From NCBI GenBank assembly GCA_964019335.1, contig OZ025651.1, positions 620,001 through 684,000 on the forward strand: a stretch of DNA of 64,000 bases, read 5' to 3'. The position numbers and the translations under genes are program-made. The DNA comes from Diplonema japonicum (taxonomy: Eukaryota; Protista; Euglenozoa: Diplonemea). Below, one piece after another: positions 1 through 10,055 of the stretch. The notes beneath the pieces were generated by a model that saw only the letters and a program-made list of their open reading frames with translations, was not told the DNA's origin and ran no database searches. Positions within the stretch are counted from its first letter, which is position 1; the number at the start of each line of letters is the position of its first letter.

Positions 1-1444
1 CGTCAAGACCAAGGAGCGGCCTCCAGTGGTCGTGGCTGTTGCACAGGTCCCTGCTGCACGTGGTCGGCTTCTCCTTTGGCGCCTCCTTGGGGTCAAAGGG
101 TCCATGCCTGTCCTGCACGATCCACGTGTCGTCGATGACCCTCCCGTAGTCGGAACCAGGGAACTGCGTGGGGTCTGTCTGCACCTGCTGCCAGTGGATG
201 TGGCTCGAGTTGTACACAAACATTCTCGTGTACGAGAAGGAGTCCGACCTGAAGGCAGACCAGCTGGGCTGGGGGTATGTGAAAGGCTCGTGCATTTCGT
301 GGCTGCCTGCAGCACCGGTCACCACATAGATGGTGGCCCTGGGGTTGACATTCGACTGGTCGCTCTTGTTCTGGTAGGTGGGCCACATCCTCTCGTAGTT
401 GTGCTCGTGCCCGTTGATGAAGAAGTCCACACCGTAGTCGAACAGAATGGGCTCCATCGTGGCACGCACTTTGTACGAGTCGGCGTGGCAGTCTCCGTCG
501 CACGAGCAGTAGATGGACCTGTGCCCGTGCACCACCACCCACGGCACGTTGTGCCTGTTCGCGTTGGCTTTTGTCAAGTCGTCCTTCACCCACGCCATGA
601 AGGAGGCGATAGTTGTGTTGCCGTCGGTGACCCCGAACCACAGCTCGGTGGACATGGCGATGTAGTGCACGAGGCCGTGGTCCCAAGAGAAGTACATGCT
701 GTTGGTGGTGGCGCCGTTCGTGGTGGTGTAGGTGGGAGGGATTGCGTTGGAGGGCATCAACCTGAAACCCTCCATGTAGTGCGCCAGCGCGCCAGCCCCG
801 TCCTCATGATTCCCATGGGACACCATGTACGGGACGTAGGCTGCCACCTGCTCAACGTTCCTGAAGAAATGGTCACCCACAGCACCGTCATTGGTGTCAA
901 GGTTGTAACCAAAATCACCAACGTGGAGGAACATATCAGCGTCGTGCTCGCTTATCAGGCCAACATTAGTGCGGTTGGTGGCGCAGGTGGAAGCGTCGCA
1001 GGTGTACGAACTCTGCGTGCAGGCCTCACATAAGGAGAAAGCACATGAAGAACCCATGTCACCGAAGAGAACGTGGCGGTAGGGTTCGCCTGCTGCCCGC
1101 TGCCTCCTATTCGTGACATTGAAGACTGCAGAGTAGCCGTTCGCAGAGTCGCCGACTTTGTAGTAGTACAGTGTGTTGGTCTTCAACGCTGTCATGGAGG
1201 CAACGTGCGTGTACCAAGTCCTTCCGGCATCCTGGGTGAAAACACGAGTGTTCCCTGCACCAGACTGTCCCAAAGCAGGCGTAAGTCCCCACTCGACCGT
1301 CGCATCCCCACCACGCTCTTGTGTCACCCACTCGACGTTCAGGACATCAGTCGTCTTCCCCAACGCGAGGTGCACCTGTTCAGGAGCAGACGCGGCGAGG
1401 CTGGTCCCCGCAAGAAACAAGACAGCTAGTCCTCGGACGTTCAT
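1..1444 (-). CDS. Purple acid phosphatase (ACP7/PAP-like metallophosphoesterase), secreted; 3' end runs off the window
   Basis: Not in the ORF track. Manual translation from ATG 1444: MNVRGLAVLFLAGTSLAASAPEQVHLALG (signal peptide plus PAP N-terminal PEQVHL), then FGDMG, HVGDFGYN, YMVSHGNHE and a downstream GHEHNY metal-binding motif. Confidence 0.92.
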   Translation of the reverse strand, partial: MNVRGLAVLFLAGTSLAASAPEQVHLALGKTTDVLNVEWVTQERGGDATVEWGLTPALGQSGAGNTRVFTQDAGRTWYTHVASMTALKTNTLYYYKVGDSANGYSAVFNVTNRRQRAAGEPYRHVLFGDMGSSCAFSLCEACTQSSYTCDASTCATNRTNVGLISEHDADMFLHVGDFGYNLDTNDGAVGDHFFRNVEQVAAYVPYMVSHGNHEDGAGALAHYMEGFRLMPSNAIPPTYTTTNGATTNSMYFSWDHGLVHYIAMSTELWFGVTDGNTTIASFMAWVKDDLTKANANRHNVPWVVVHGHRSIYCSCDGDCHADSYKVRATMEPILFDYGVDFFINGHEHNYERMWPTYQNKSDQSNVNPRATIYVVTGAAGSHEMHEPFTYPQPSWSAFRSDSFSYTRMFVYNSSHIHWQQVQTDPTQFPGSDYGRVIDDTWIVQDRHGPFDPKEAPKEKPTTCSRDLCNSHDHWRPLLGLD

Positions 1445-1697
1445 TGATTAAACTTATGGCACAGTGAATGCTAAGCAGTGTTAAAGACATATAAATGTTG
1501 TTCTTGCTCGCGGAAGCAAAGCACTTGGAGCTCTCGGTTACCAGACACCGCGAGCTGACCACCTGACAGTGGTCGGAACATTACCATTGACAAAACATAC
1601 CGAATTCTTTGAATTTTTTAGCGCCCCCCCCCTTTTTTTCTTCTTCTTTACCTTCGAAACAATGCCTTGAAGAGATTAGGTGAACATGCGAGGAACT

Positions 1698-4598
1698 TCA
1701 CACAAAAAAGGTTATATCCTTGGGATCACCTGTGCCGTGTACGTCCCCGTAGTAAGGGTTGTTCGCAGGATCAGCGGCTTGGTCAAAGAGGTGGCTCTCA
1801 TCGATGCATACGTCATTCGTGGTGGACGTGGTGTAGTTGCAGTTGGGTTTGTGTGTGCGGAAAATGCACCGGTGCCGCCGCATGTCGCAGCCACAGCCCT
1901 CGTAAGAGGGGCACCTCGCATCTATGTGTGTGGCAAGTTGTGGAACATTGCGATCTGCGTACGTCAGAGAGAAGTCGCATGAACAAGACTGGTGCCCACA
2001 GGTGATTGACCCGTCGCAAGGCCCAATCACTGTAGGGCATTCCCCGTAGTGGGCAGGATCAGTGCTTGTAATAGACATACACGTAATAACGGGATTATTG
2101 TGGTGGTCCTCTCGCGAACGTGCTAAGCTCTTTGCTTTACCAACCTCATAGTACGGAGACCGCTTGGCCCAGTGCGGAACAGGGCAGCACCAGTTATTGC
2201 CTTCCAAGGAAAAGTTCCGTGCATGTCTTATCCAGTCAGGGATAAGCCCGACAAGCTCATTGTGGGCCAGTCCCACATTGGTAACTACCCCAGTGCCCCC
2301 TGGGGCCTTGAAGGGCGCAACACCCGACAACATGTTTGAGCTCACTTCGAAGTCTGTCGTCAGCATCCCCAGCGGCATGGGGATCGTCCCTGACAAACCG
2401 CAGTAACGGCACCTGAACTCTTGCAGCGTAGGGTGTCTCGCAAGCCGGTCCGAGATAGTGCTGTTCACTTGTGTGTGCGAAACGTCAAGGCTCACTAGGG
2501 CGTAGGGTGCGTATGTGTAAATGGATCTGGGCCAGTCAAGATATTGCGGGAGGCTTCCTGAGAAATCTTGGTGCGACAAGTTCAGGTGAGTAAGCGTGCC
2601 ATATGTGAATTTGGGGAACGCACCCGAAAACTGGTTGCCTCCGATTAACAAGTATTCCACACTCGCAGGCAGCAAGGTTTCGACAACGCTACCTGACAAC
2701 AGGTTGTCAGACAAGTCAATGTATGTGATATTCCCCAACGCCGAGAGGTCCACAGTGTTAAGGCTGCCAGTGAGGGCCTTATCGGGGAGGGTGATGTTGC
2801 TGACCTGGTTCAGAGTACAAGAGATGCCTTCCCAGTCGACAGCACCACCGCAAGGAAGGCCTTTGGTCCAGTTTGTGAATGGTGTCGGCACGTACGAAGC
2901 TGCGTTGCGCACTATAACGTTTCTAACGCCGAAGTCGCCCTTGTACTTGCTGTCGTTGTCGATGATGTCTATCGTAACTAGCTGGTCCACGTAGGGGCGG
3001 AGGTCTGATGCGGTGTAGAGAACAGTACAGTAGCCAGCGCACAGCTTTCGCTGTGCTACCCACCCGTTGTTCCACTGCAGGGCTGCGCCCATGTAGCCGT
3101 TGTAGACTGCAGTCATGTTGAGGTCGACTTCGCCATCGAGATAGTCCACACCTACCTCGACATTTTGGCTTGAGTTGAAGCCGATTGCAATGGTGGTGTA
3201 CCATCCGATGCGGAATTGAGGCGAACGTAGCACAGCAATGCCCTTCTGTGGCAAGACTTCAGGTAATATCGCCACCTCGTGCACTGTGATGTAGTCATCG
3301 CTGCTGTTTGCCCACCCCATCTCACCCACCGATGTGAAATCGCTTAACATATCGCTGCCCCAGACAGAATCGTTAGTGTTAGTACCCTGCCAGGCACCCC
3401 GCACCTCAGATAATGGAGACTCGACACAGGTTTGCGCTTTAGAGTGCCACGTGCACCTCGGGTGCATGGCACAATCATAATCTTCGCCGTAGTCCGTATC
3501 GTACGAGAGGAGCCTGTGCTCTTGGCCGTACGTAGAGCAGTTGAAAGGTCGGTAGTGGTGGTAAGCCTCACAGTCGCCTTCATATTCACAAAGATGGATC
3601 CTGTCGACATGCAAGGTGCCTGTGTGCAGAATACATGGCGCTGCTTGGTGGACTGCAAGGCTGTCATTCACGGATGTGTAATTAGAAACTGTTTCCATGC
3701 TCCTTCCGAACCAGCACCTTTTAGTCACCGCATTATACTCGCAGCATCCTTTAGACATTTCTGCGATAGTGGCTGCGCGGCAGCACGCCCTGCAGTCCTC
3801 CTCTTCCAAGCCGCAGTCGAGAAAACCTCCGGGCTCTGTTCGTGCACATGACGTGTTCGCTGTCATGTTCCCGCACCATGGCTCGGGGAACTCTAGTTCG
3901 GGTGCAGCATGCACGGACTTCAGAACAGTAGCACTGTGGTTCCAGTAAACACCTTGGCAGAGGATGGCATCATCTAATGACACGTCTACCGCAGCAGCAA
4001 GCGTGTTGTTTGTACCGAAGTCGAAGGTGACAGTGAGCAAGTGCCACGTGTCGTGAAGCACACCATAGACAACGCCAGGTGTGCTGCACGTCATCTTCTC
4101 AAACCCTGTGTCGACGATGAGCCCTTGCTTGGTGTGAGCCGATAGCAGCAAGTGTGGTCTGTTGTAGGAGTTGTGTCCTGACGAAAACCAATCTGTGGCG
4201 AGGAAGAAATGCGCCGCCAGGGTACCTTCTGCGATCCGAAACCACCATGATGCGGCGTGGGGGTTGGCTACACCCGCACCAAACTTAACAGCAACAACAC
4301 CACCATCCACTCTAAGAGAGTAGGGAGGGTCTACCCAGTACTTTGTATCTACAGCTGCCGCATAAGAAGGGTGCAGACCACTCAAAGAAGCATTGCTGTT
4401 GAATTCCTCTAAATATTTTGCGGTTGTACCTAACTGCAGAGTCTGAGTTAAAGTGTGGTCAGTGAGAGTGATCTCGCGGGAGATCGTTTCTGTAAGTGTT
4501 TCAGTGACTGTGAAGGACTGTGTGGCCGTTAGGGTGGTCGTCTTAGTTACTGCTGCCACTTGAATCAGGAAAAGCAAGAAACATAGAACCACCCTCAT
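1698..4598 (-). CDS. Secreted/surface multidomain protein: Thr-rich stretch, lectin-like region, Cys-rich modules, plant-type leucine-rich repeats
   Basis: ATG 4598 gives hydrophobic signal MRVVLCFLLFLIQVAA. LRR consensus repeats (ITYIDLSDNLLSGSV, LTHLNLSHQDFSGSLP, LSGTIP, NELVGLIPDW) with WCCPVP cap and Cys-rich C-terminus. Confidence 0.8.
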   Translation of the reverse strand: MRVVLCFLLFLIQVAAVTKTTTLTATQSFTVTETLTETISREITLTDHTLTQTLQLGTTAKYLEEFNSNASLSGLHPSYAAAVDTKYWVDPPYSLRVDGGVVAVKFGAGVANPHAASWWFRIAEGTLAAHFFLATDWFSSGHNSYNRPHLLLSAHTKQGLIVDTGFEKMTCSTPGVVYGVLHDTWHLLTVTFDFGTNNTLAAAVDVSLDDAILCQGVYWNHSATVLKSVHAAPELEFPEPWCGNMTANTSCARTEPGGFLDCGLEEEDCRACCRAATIAEMSKGCCEYNAVTKRCWFGRSMETVSNYTSVNDSLAVHQAAPCILHTGTLHVDRIHLCEYEGDCEAYHHYRPFNCSTYGQEHRLLSYDTDYGEDYDCAMHPRCTWHSKAQTCVESPLSEVRGAWQGTNTNDSVWGSDMLSDFTSVGEMGWANSSDDYITVHEVAILPEVLPQKGIAVLRSPQFRIGWYTTIAIGFNSSQNVEVGVDYLDGEVDLNMTAVYNGYMGAALQWNNGWVAQRKLCAGYCTVLYTASDLRPYVDQLVTIDIIDNDSKYKGDFGVRNVIVRNAASYVPTPFTNWTKGLPCGGAVDWEGISCTLNQVSNITLPDKALTGSLNTVDLSALGNITYIDLSDNLLSGSVVETLLPASVEYLLIGGNQFSGAFPKFTYGTLTHLNLSHQDFSGSLPQYLDWPRSIYTYAPYALVSLDVSHTQVNSTISDRLARHPTLQEFRCRYCGLSGTIPMPLGMLTTDFEVSSNMLSGVAPFKAPGGTGVVTNVGLAHNELVGLIPDWIRHARNFSLEGNNWCCPVPHWAKRSPYYEVGKAKSLARSREDHHNNPVITCMSITSTDPAHYGECPTVIGPCDGSITCGHQSCSCDFSLTYADRNVPQLATHIDARCPSYEGCGCDMRRHRCIFRTHKPNCNYTTSTTNDVCIDESHLFDQAADPANNPYYGDVHGTGDPKDITFFV

Positions 4599-4693
4599 TC
4601 GTCCTGTGTTGGTGGGGTGAACGAAGTACAAAGAAAAAGAAAGAACACGCACAAAAAGTGACCTACGCATGTTGCGTGGTAAGAATGTTGTTA

Positions 4694-5755
4694 TCAACGT
4701 AGAATCTTCACAAAGAGAGCATGGTGCAACGGTTTGCTATCTAAGAGCTGTGCAGAACCGTTGTCCTGCAGCTCGAACACTGTCACGTTGCCTTCCGAAA
4801 CGAGTGTTTCACCGAATTGGTTAGCCACTACCACATACTTTCCATGGAGGGTGAGCTCCCACGGCAGCCTGCCGCCAGAGGGCGTGTGTGTGGGGTTCGA
4901 GGGCTTCGTGTTCGTTGTATCGAAGCAAGTGAACGAATCGTGTCCTCTGTTGGTGACAAAGAGCCTTGTGCCATCATGGGAAAGCTTGATGCCAGCAGCA
5001 TGGCTCGGTGCCGTGTAAAAAGGAAAGGGTGGGTCCTTTGAGTAATCCTCAGGAATGCACAAGCACACATCGAGCACCTCAAGACTCGGAAGCGCTAATG
5101 TGGTGACAGTGTTGTCCAGCTCTCCTACTACATAAGCGACTCCCTTGCTCTCTGACACAGCACAGTGCCTCGGTCCCGTGTTAGCCTTTAATGTAACACA
5201 GGTGACTTCTTCCAACGCACTGTTCAACAGGACGACCTTGTCACTGCCGAGGTCACACCCAATATAGTGCTGCTTGTCGCCAATCGCCAAGGGCATAGCA
5301 GAGTGAGGATGGGAAGCGTCCTGACGGCCCACGCCAGGTGTGGTTCCCTCTTTACTCAAAACGGCCCTACGTGTCTCACTCTTCTTGGCTACGTCATACG
5401 TAACTACACCTCCTTCATACTCAGATACCAAGACCTCAGTGCCCCCCGATGTGACTGCGATGTGGCATGGCCCTTGCCCAGTTTTGATCACCTCGTCGTC
5501 GGCACTGAACGTATCGTTTTCCAGCTTTACTAGACGCACCCCCTGAGGGTGCTCGTCGTCGCCTGCATCAGTGAGGTAAATGCTGCCCTCTTGTTCAGCA
5601 GCCCACATGGCGTTGCACCCTGCTGCCGTTTCTGTAACAAGGGACAGCTTCTTTGCTTCTTCACAGAAATTGTACAAGCAAATCTTGCTCTTCCCTTTCC
5701 AGCGCATAGGGTTCACCTCGTCACGCTCACATCCTGTGGAGGCAAGGATACGCAT
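4694..5755 (-). CDS. 6-phosphogluconolactonase / lactonase, 7-bladed beta-propeller (bacterial Pgl/YbhE type)
   Basis: Motifs GPCHIAV, RQDASHPHSA, CDLGSDKV, GPRHC, YVVGELDNTV, LFVTNRGHDS. ATG 5755 follows a ttacag acceptor. Confidence 0.88.
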   Translation of the reverse strand: MRILASTGCERDEVNPMRWKGKSKICLYNFCEEAKKLSLVTETAAGCNAMWAAEQEGSIYLTDAGDDEHPQGVRLVKLENDTFSADDEVIKTGQGPCHIAVTSGGTEVLVSEYEGGVVTYDVAKKSETRRAVLSKEGTTPGVGRQDASHPHSAMPLAIGDKQHYIGCDLGSDKVVLLNSALEEVTCVTLKANTGPRHCAVSESKGVAYVVGELDNTVTTLALPSLEVLDVCLCIPEDYSKDPPFPFYTAPSHAAGIKLSHDGTRLFVTNRGHDSFTCFDTTNTKPSNPTHTPSGGRLPWELTLHGKYVVVANQFGETLVSEGNVTVFELQDNGSAQLLDSKPLHHALFVKILR

Positions 5756-5777
5756 GGTCACCTGTAAGTTAAAATGG

Positions 5778-7343
5778 CTAGGTTGTACAGTGTTGCGAAT
5801 AGTAAGTCACACGCCTCCCCCTTACAGATCTAAAGACGTCGGGGTACGGTGCAGGTACAGCTGGCTGTCTCGGCTCCAAGCTGGGACAGGAAAGGTCTCT
5901 CTTCCGAGAGAGTAACAAGAGCGCTTCTTCAGCATCTTCAGTGATGACAACTCTGCCCACGGCTTCGTCTTCGATGAGGAGGTGTACCTGCTTGCTTGAA
6001 GCAGGAGCAGGCAAAAGAGCCACGTTTTGGGGGCGCTGCAACGTTGCGCGACACCTCGCCTCAAGCCTGTGGATACGACCCGTCTCCGCTTCGCAGTCGG
6101 ACTCCAGTTGCAAGACCGCCTCATAAAAGGCGTGCAGGTCGCTTACTACAGGGAGCGGGCTGCTTTTGTTTTTGACGAATGTGTCCCTCATTGCTTTTTC
6201 ATCATATTTTACATCGATGCGTGCCCTAGACTCGTTCAGACATATATCTAAAACGGCCTTTTCACTTTCCAGTATCCCCACCGCCCACGTGTATTCATGT
6301 CCTAAGTTGTACCGTGTGTAGTTCTCCTCATGGATGATACCGTCGCACGCTATCACGTTGAGATACGATGTCGTCTGCAAGATGGTTATCTTTCCGTACA
6401 GCTGGGACTCCATCAGACCCATTCGTGATATCCTCTCTTCGTGGAAGAGCGCTTCCCTCTCTGTTGTCTCGATGGGCAGCAGGTCGTTCAAGATTTGCTT
6501 CGTGAGTTGTCTCACTCTGGTAATTACCTGCTTGCCCGCCTTAAACGAAGCAAACGCTGTCAGGCTTTCTGATTTAGATTCGTTGAACAAAAGCTGCCTC
6601 TCGCGGCGCTCCTCAAGTACGAGGAGTGTGCTTCGCCTGCGGTAGTGTTTGAGGAGGCTTGTCTCCAGTTGTGTCACGAAGGTCGCTAATGAGGATTCCT
6701 CCACTTGATATATAGTCCGCCTACTCTCCGCCTCCAACCTGAGCAGTTTTGGGAATTGCCGTGTTATAGTAAATGAGGATGTGCTCGAAGACGACGCTTG
6801 CGTAAGCAAGCTCCCGTTACTCCTCGTGCTGGAGGGCGTAGGGGGTCGCTGTGGGGCAGGGGCAAATCGTGCACACAGCATGGAACTTGTCCTCACTTCG
6901 AAGCACCCTGCCATACCCGCCAGCCATATGGCTCTGTGCTCGTGTATTTTTATTCTTTTCAACTCCTCCTCTTCCTCCGGGTCTACTAGATGCGCCAATG
7001 TCACACACGATTCTGCTTCGATCTCTAGCAGCCTCTCCCAGCTAGCGGTCTCTTGTTCTACAACTTCTGCACGGTATGTGACTTGCCGTTCCATCGTGTT
7101 TCTAACTAGCAATCCCAATTGCAAGTGGAATGTATCTTCTGAGTACTTTCGTAATATCCAACCCCACCCGACACCTTCCTTGTTGCGCAATTCATCTCGC
7201 ACAGTCTCCTCCTTACAAACAGTTTTTTCCAAGTTTTCTTTCCGCACCAATGCAGAAACATGGCAACGTTTCTCGCTGTGGTAGCCACGTCGCTGCTCTC
7301 GCCATTTGAGGAAGCGGGTGTCGGCGGTGGTGGGGGTGGTCAT
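5778..7343 (-). CDS. Hypothetical protein with EExxRxxI-type helical repeats
   Basis: 521-aa ORF in the minus-strand cluster with repeated E-E-x-x-R helical motifs; no family recognised. Confidence 0.7.
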   Translation of the reverse strand: MTTPTTADTRFLKWREQRRGYHSEKRCHVSALVRKENLEKTVCKEETVRDELRNKEGVGWGWILRKYSEDTFHLQLGLLVRNTMERQVTYRAEVVEQETASWERLLEIEAESCVTLAHLVDPEEEEELKRIKIHEHRAIWLAGMAGCFEVRTSSMLCARFAPAPQRPPTPSSTRSNGSLLTQASSSSTSSFTITRQFPKLLRLEAESRRTIYQVEESSLATFVTQLETSLLKHYRRRSTLLVLEERRERQLLFNESKSESLTAFASFKAGKQVITRVRQLTKQILNDLLPIETTEREALFHEERISRMGLMESQLYGKITILQTTSYLNVIACDGIIHEENYTRYNLGHEYTWAVGILESEKAVLDICLNESRARIDVKYDEKAMRDTFVKNKSSPLPVVSDLHAFYEAVLQLESDCEAETGRIHRLEARCRATLQRPQNVALLPAPASSKQVHLLIEDEAVGRVVITEDAEEALLLLSRKRDLSCPSLEPRQPAVPAPYPDVFRSVRGRRVTYYSQHCTT

Positions 7344-7437
7344 CCACGGGCCTGTGTTGCATTGTAAGATGGTAACAAGTGAAATGACGAAAAAGAAGAC
7401 GGACTAAGTAAATCGAAATGAAACGAAAGTGTAATTG

Positions 7438-7911
7438 TCACTCATCTGCCAGCATGGCAGAGAACTCTGCGAAGTCAACGTAGCCCGACGCGTCAGTGTC
7501 GTACTGCTTGATGAGCTTCTCTATGCTGATTGGGATGCGTAGGTCGTGGATGAGCTGCTTGAGCTTGGCAGTGGAGATGGTGCCCGTCTGGTTGGGGTTG
7601 CCGCCAAGGGACACAAATGACGACAGTGTGACGTCCTCATTGAAGCCCAGCAGCTCATTGCAATCCATCACCACATGCAGGAACTCCTGGTAATCAATGT
7701 CCCCGGAGTTGTCCCAGTCGTTATTCTCAATCAAGTTAAACAACTGGTCTTCACTAAGGGTCGAAAAACCCAACCTGCTCAGTGCCTTCCGCACCTGCAC
7801 CGACTCGATCGACCCTGAACCATTGTCTAGCGAGTGGAACTCCTCAAATGCCATCTGCTCCAGATCCTTGTTGATAATCCTTGTCGGCCTGAAGTTAATC
7901 TTTTTCATCGA

Positions 7912-7914
<3 letters not shown>
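7438..7914 (-). CDS. EF-hand calcium-binding protein, axonemal dynein light chain LC4/calmodulin-like
   Basis: EF hands DNGSGSIE, DWDNSGDIDYQEF, DTDASGYVDFAEF, plus FVSLGGNPNQTGTIS as in flagellar LC4-type chains. Real start is MSMKK just after a poly-A run. Confidence 0.8.
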
Positions 7915-7944
<30 letters not shown>

Positions 7945-8083
7945 CTTTCGACCTGAAGGTTGTGCTTCATTTCGCAAAAAAAAGAAACTTGGCAATTCAA
8001 CTAAACAAACAGAAAAGGAGTTTGAATTGATAATGATGAAGACACTTATTAAGGGTGTGTGTGTGTTGTGCGGTGTTCTACGG

Positions 8084-8782
8084 CTACTCTTCCCCGAGCT
8101 CCAAAGCCTCAATGTCACTTTCATCTTCCTCATCTTCCCCCAGGTAACAGGATATGGGGTCCTCTATTATCTTCCTGAGCTCTGAAAGGACGATAACCTC
8201 CGACTCGTCGAGTTCCCCTGCTTCGAACAGCTCGAAGAATGAGTATGCGCAGTTGGGGTCAGTGGGGGCACGGCCTTCGGCCTCGTTGCGCGCATCGGGG
8301 GAACGTCCTTTTTTCCAGTTGACACCTGTTGTCTCGGAAACGGCAGTCGGCATCCCGCCGAACGATCTTTTCAGCTCTTTGTTAGTGAACTCGTTGTTGT
8401 CAGCATCAAACTTGACAGACACCGTAAACATCGCCGTCTCGTCATCTTCAGTGAAGTCCATCTCACTCACGGTGTTCAACACCACTTCGTCTTCTTTGCT
8501 GATAATGCACCTCAACGTTTCGTTGTAACACAGACACTCCCTCCAAAACGCCGGGATCTGCTTCTTCGCAAGCTTTGCCATTTCCTTCCTAGCCTTGTTG
8601 CTCGCGTCACAGCACTCCATCTTAATCTGTGCCTTTCTCATGTCCTCTTCCTCAACCAGTTGATCGATCTCTTGGGTCAGCTCATTCATTCTCTTTTCCT
8701 TTGCGTCATTGCTCGACACTTTCTTCTCTTCCACCTTGGAACGCTTAGCGGGCTTCATGTTACGTGTTGCTGTGGTGGGCAT
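8084..8782 (-). CDS. Nucleosome assembly protein (NAP/SET family histone chaperone)
   Basis: IPAFWREC, FTNKELKR, TGVNWKKG and SFFELF motifs, acidic tail. Start MPTT at 8782. Confidence 0.85.
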   Translation of the reverse strand: MPTTATRNMKPAKRSKVEEKKVSSNDAKEKRMNELTQEIDQLVEEEDMRKAQIKMECCDASNKARKEMAKLAKKQIPAFWRECLCYNETLRCIISKEDEVVLNTVSEMDFTEDDETAMFTVSVKFDADNNEFTNKELKRSFGGMPTAVSETTGVNWKKGRSPDARNEAEGRAPTDPNCAYSFFELFEAGELDESEVIVLSELRKIIEDPISCYLGEDEEDESDIEALELGEE

Positions 8783-8946
8783 TACTTTGGCTAAATAAGA
8801 AAAGGAAAAAAAAAAGAAGGAAAAAAAAAAAAGAGACATTTAATAAAAGAAACGGGGTAAAAGACGAAAAGGAAAAAGCGCAAAGTTTGACGTGTGCACG
8901 GGTTAGGGAGACACATCAGTTGAATTTCACAACATCTTAACTTTCA

Positions 8947-9966
8947 TCAGTTGTACTTGTAAACAATGAGGTACATAGGGTAAGCGTTGTCAGGACCCAC
9001 TACGCGCATTGTGCTGTTGTGGAGCTTCACGTCCTTCTGCGCAACAGCGCAAACAAATAGATGTGTGTAACCATGACGGTCCTTATAGGCAAACCCTGCA
9101 TCGGAGTACGCCGCGTTGTAGGCGAACCACGTCCCGAAGTTTTCGCCACCGGAAACACACTTGTTGACTAGAAAGCCCTTTTCGATAATATTCTGTTCAT
9201 TGGCATCAGTGCGACACCCGTGGAACATTAGTGTTTCGGGGGAGCCCACTGTTTCTGCGGCGTATGCATCGTAGACTTTCTTGTTCTGCACTCTTTCCAC
9301 AGACTTCACATCCAAAGACCTTTTGCCATGGAAGTTACCGAACAGTGTAGCTAGCAGTGGCATTAGCGCTTCATCCTTCTCAACGTCCGAAACGGTGACA
9401 AGTCTGCTCTCGGTTCTCCAATAAGCAGGGTACTTATATTGCACCTTAGGACGCCCCATCCACTCCGGGATGTATGGCGGGCGAATACTTCCTGGGTTGG
9501 TACGTCGCACCGGTGGTGGTGGGGGAGGTCGCTTTTCAACCGTAAAGTTGTTTTTCTGCATCATGAACGCCTTGTAAGCCGCGTGACCCTCCTTGTGTGA
9601 CTCGTACAGATACCCCTCCGGATATTGGTTGCTGCAATCGGGGCACTGTATCATCGCAGGCTCAACAAGGGCGGGGCGCACCATCAACTTTTTAATCACC
9701 GCTTTTGCTTCGTCAGATGCCTCCATCCCACACCCACAGCATTCATCGTCGGGAATCTCTGTCTCGTTTTCACAGAAAGTGCATTCCCACTTCGGAGCCG
9801 GTGGCTTGTCTTGTTCGCCTGCAGCGATCTTACCCGAGCTCTCCGATGCAACTGTGTCCTCGAGAGGTGCGGTAGAAGAAACAGGTGCGGTGTTAAATCT
9901 CCCACAACACATGCACGCAATGGCAGTGAGTTCGTTTTCCGTGCCACATGGAGCACAATTCCACAT
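8947..9966 (-). CDS. RanBP2-type zinc fingers + C2H2-like finger + PARP-like ADP-ribosyltransferase domain
   Basis: WNCAPC..CMCC and WECTFC..CCGC fingers. VERVQN, LMFHG, IIEKGF, GTWFA..AAYS and YPMYLIVY match the PARP catalytic fold pattern. Confidence 0.75.
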   Translation of the reverse strand: MWNCAPCGTENELTAIACMCCGRFNTAPVSSTAPLEDTVASESSGKIAAGEQDKPPAPKWECTFCENETEIPDDECCGCGMEASDEAKAVIKKLMVRPALVEPAMIQCPDCSNQYPEGYLYESHKEGHAAYKAFMMQKNNFTVEKRPPPPPPVRRTNPGSIRPPYIPEWMGRPKVQYKYPAYWRTESRLVTVSDVEKDEALMPLLATLFGNFHGKRSLDVKSVERVQNKKVYDAYAAETVGSPETLMFHGCRTDANEQNIIEKGFLVNKCVSGGENFGTWFAYNAAYSDAGFAYKDRHGYTHLFVCAVAQKDVKLHNSTMRVVGPDNAYPMYLIVYKYN

Positions 9967-10055
9967 TGGTTGTACCTGTTTGATGAATTATAGGATTGCT
10001 TTTATGTACAACAAAAGGTCAGCTAGAGAGACATTAGACAGAAGGAAGCCGATGG

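Noticed and set aside
26-1033. 335-aa plus-strand ORF
   Set aside because: Antisense shadow of the minus-strand purple acid phosphatase, which has all the family motifs.
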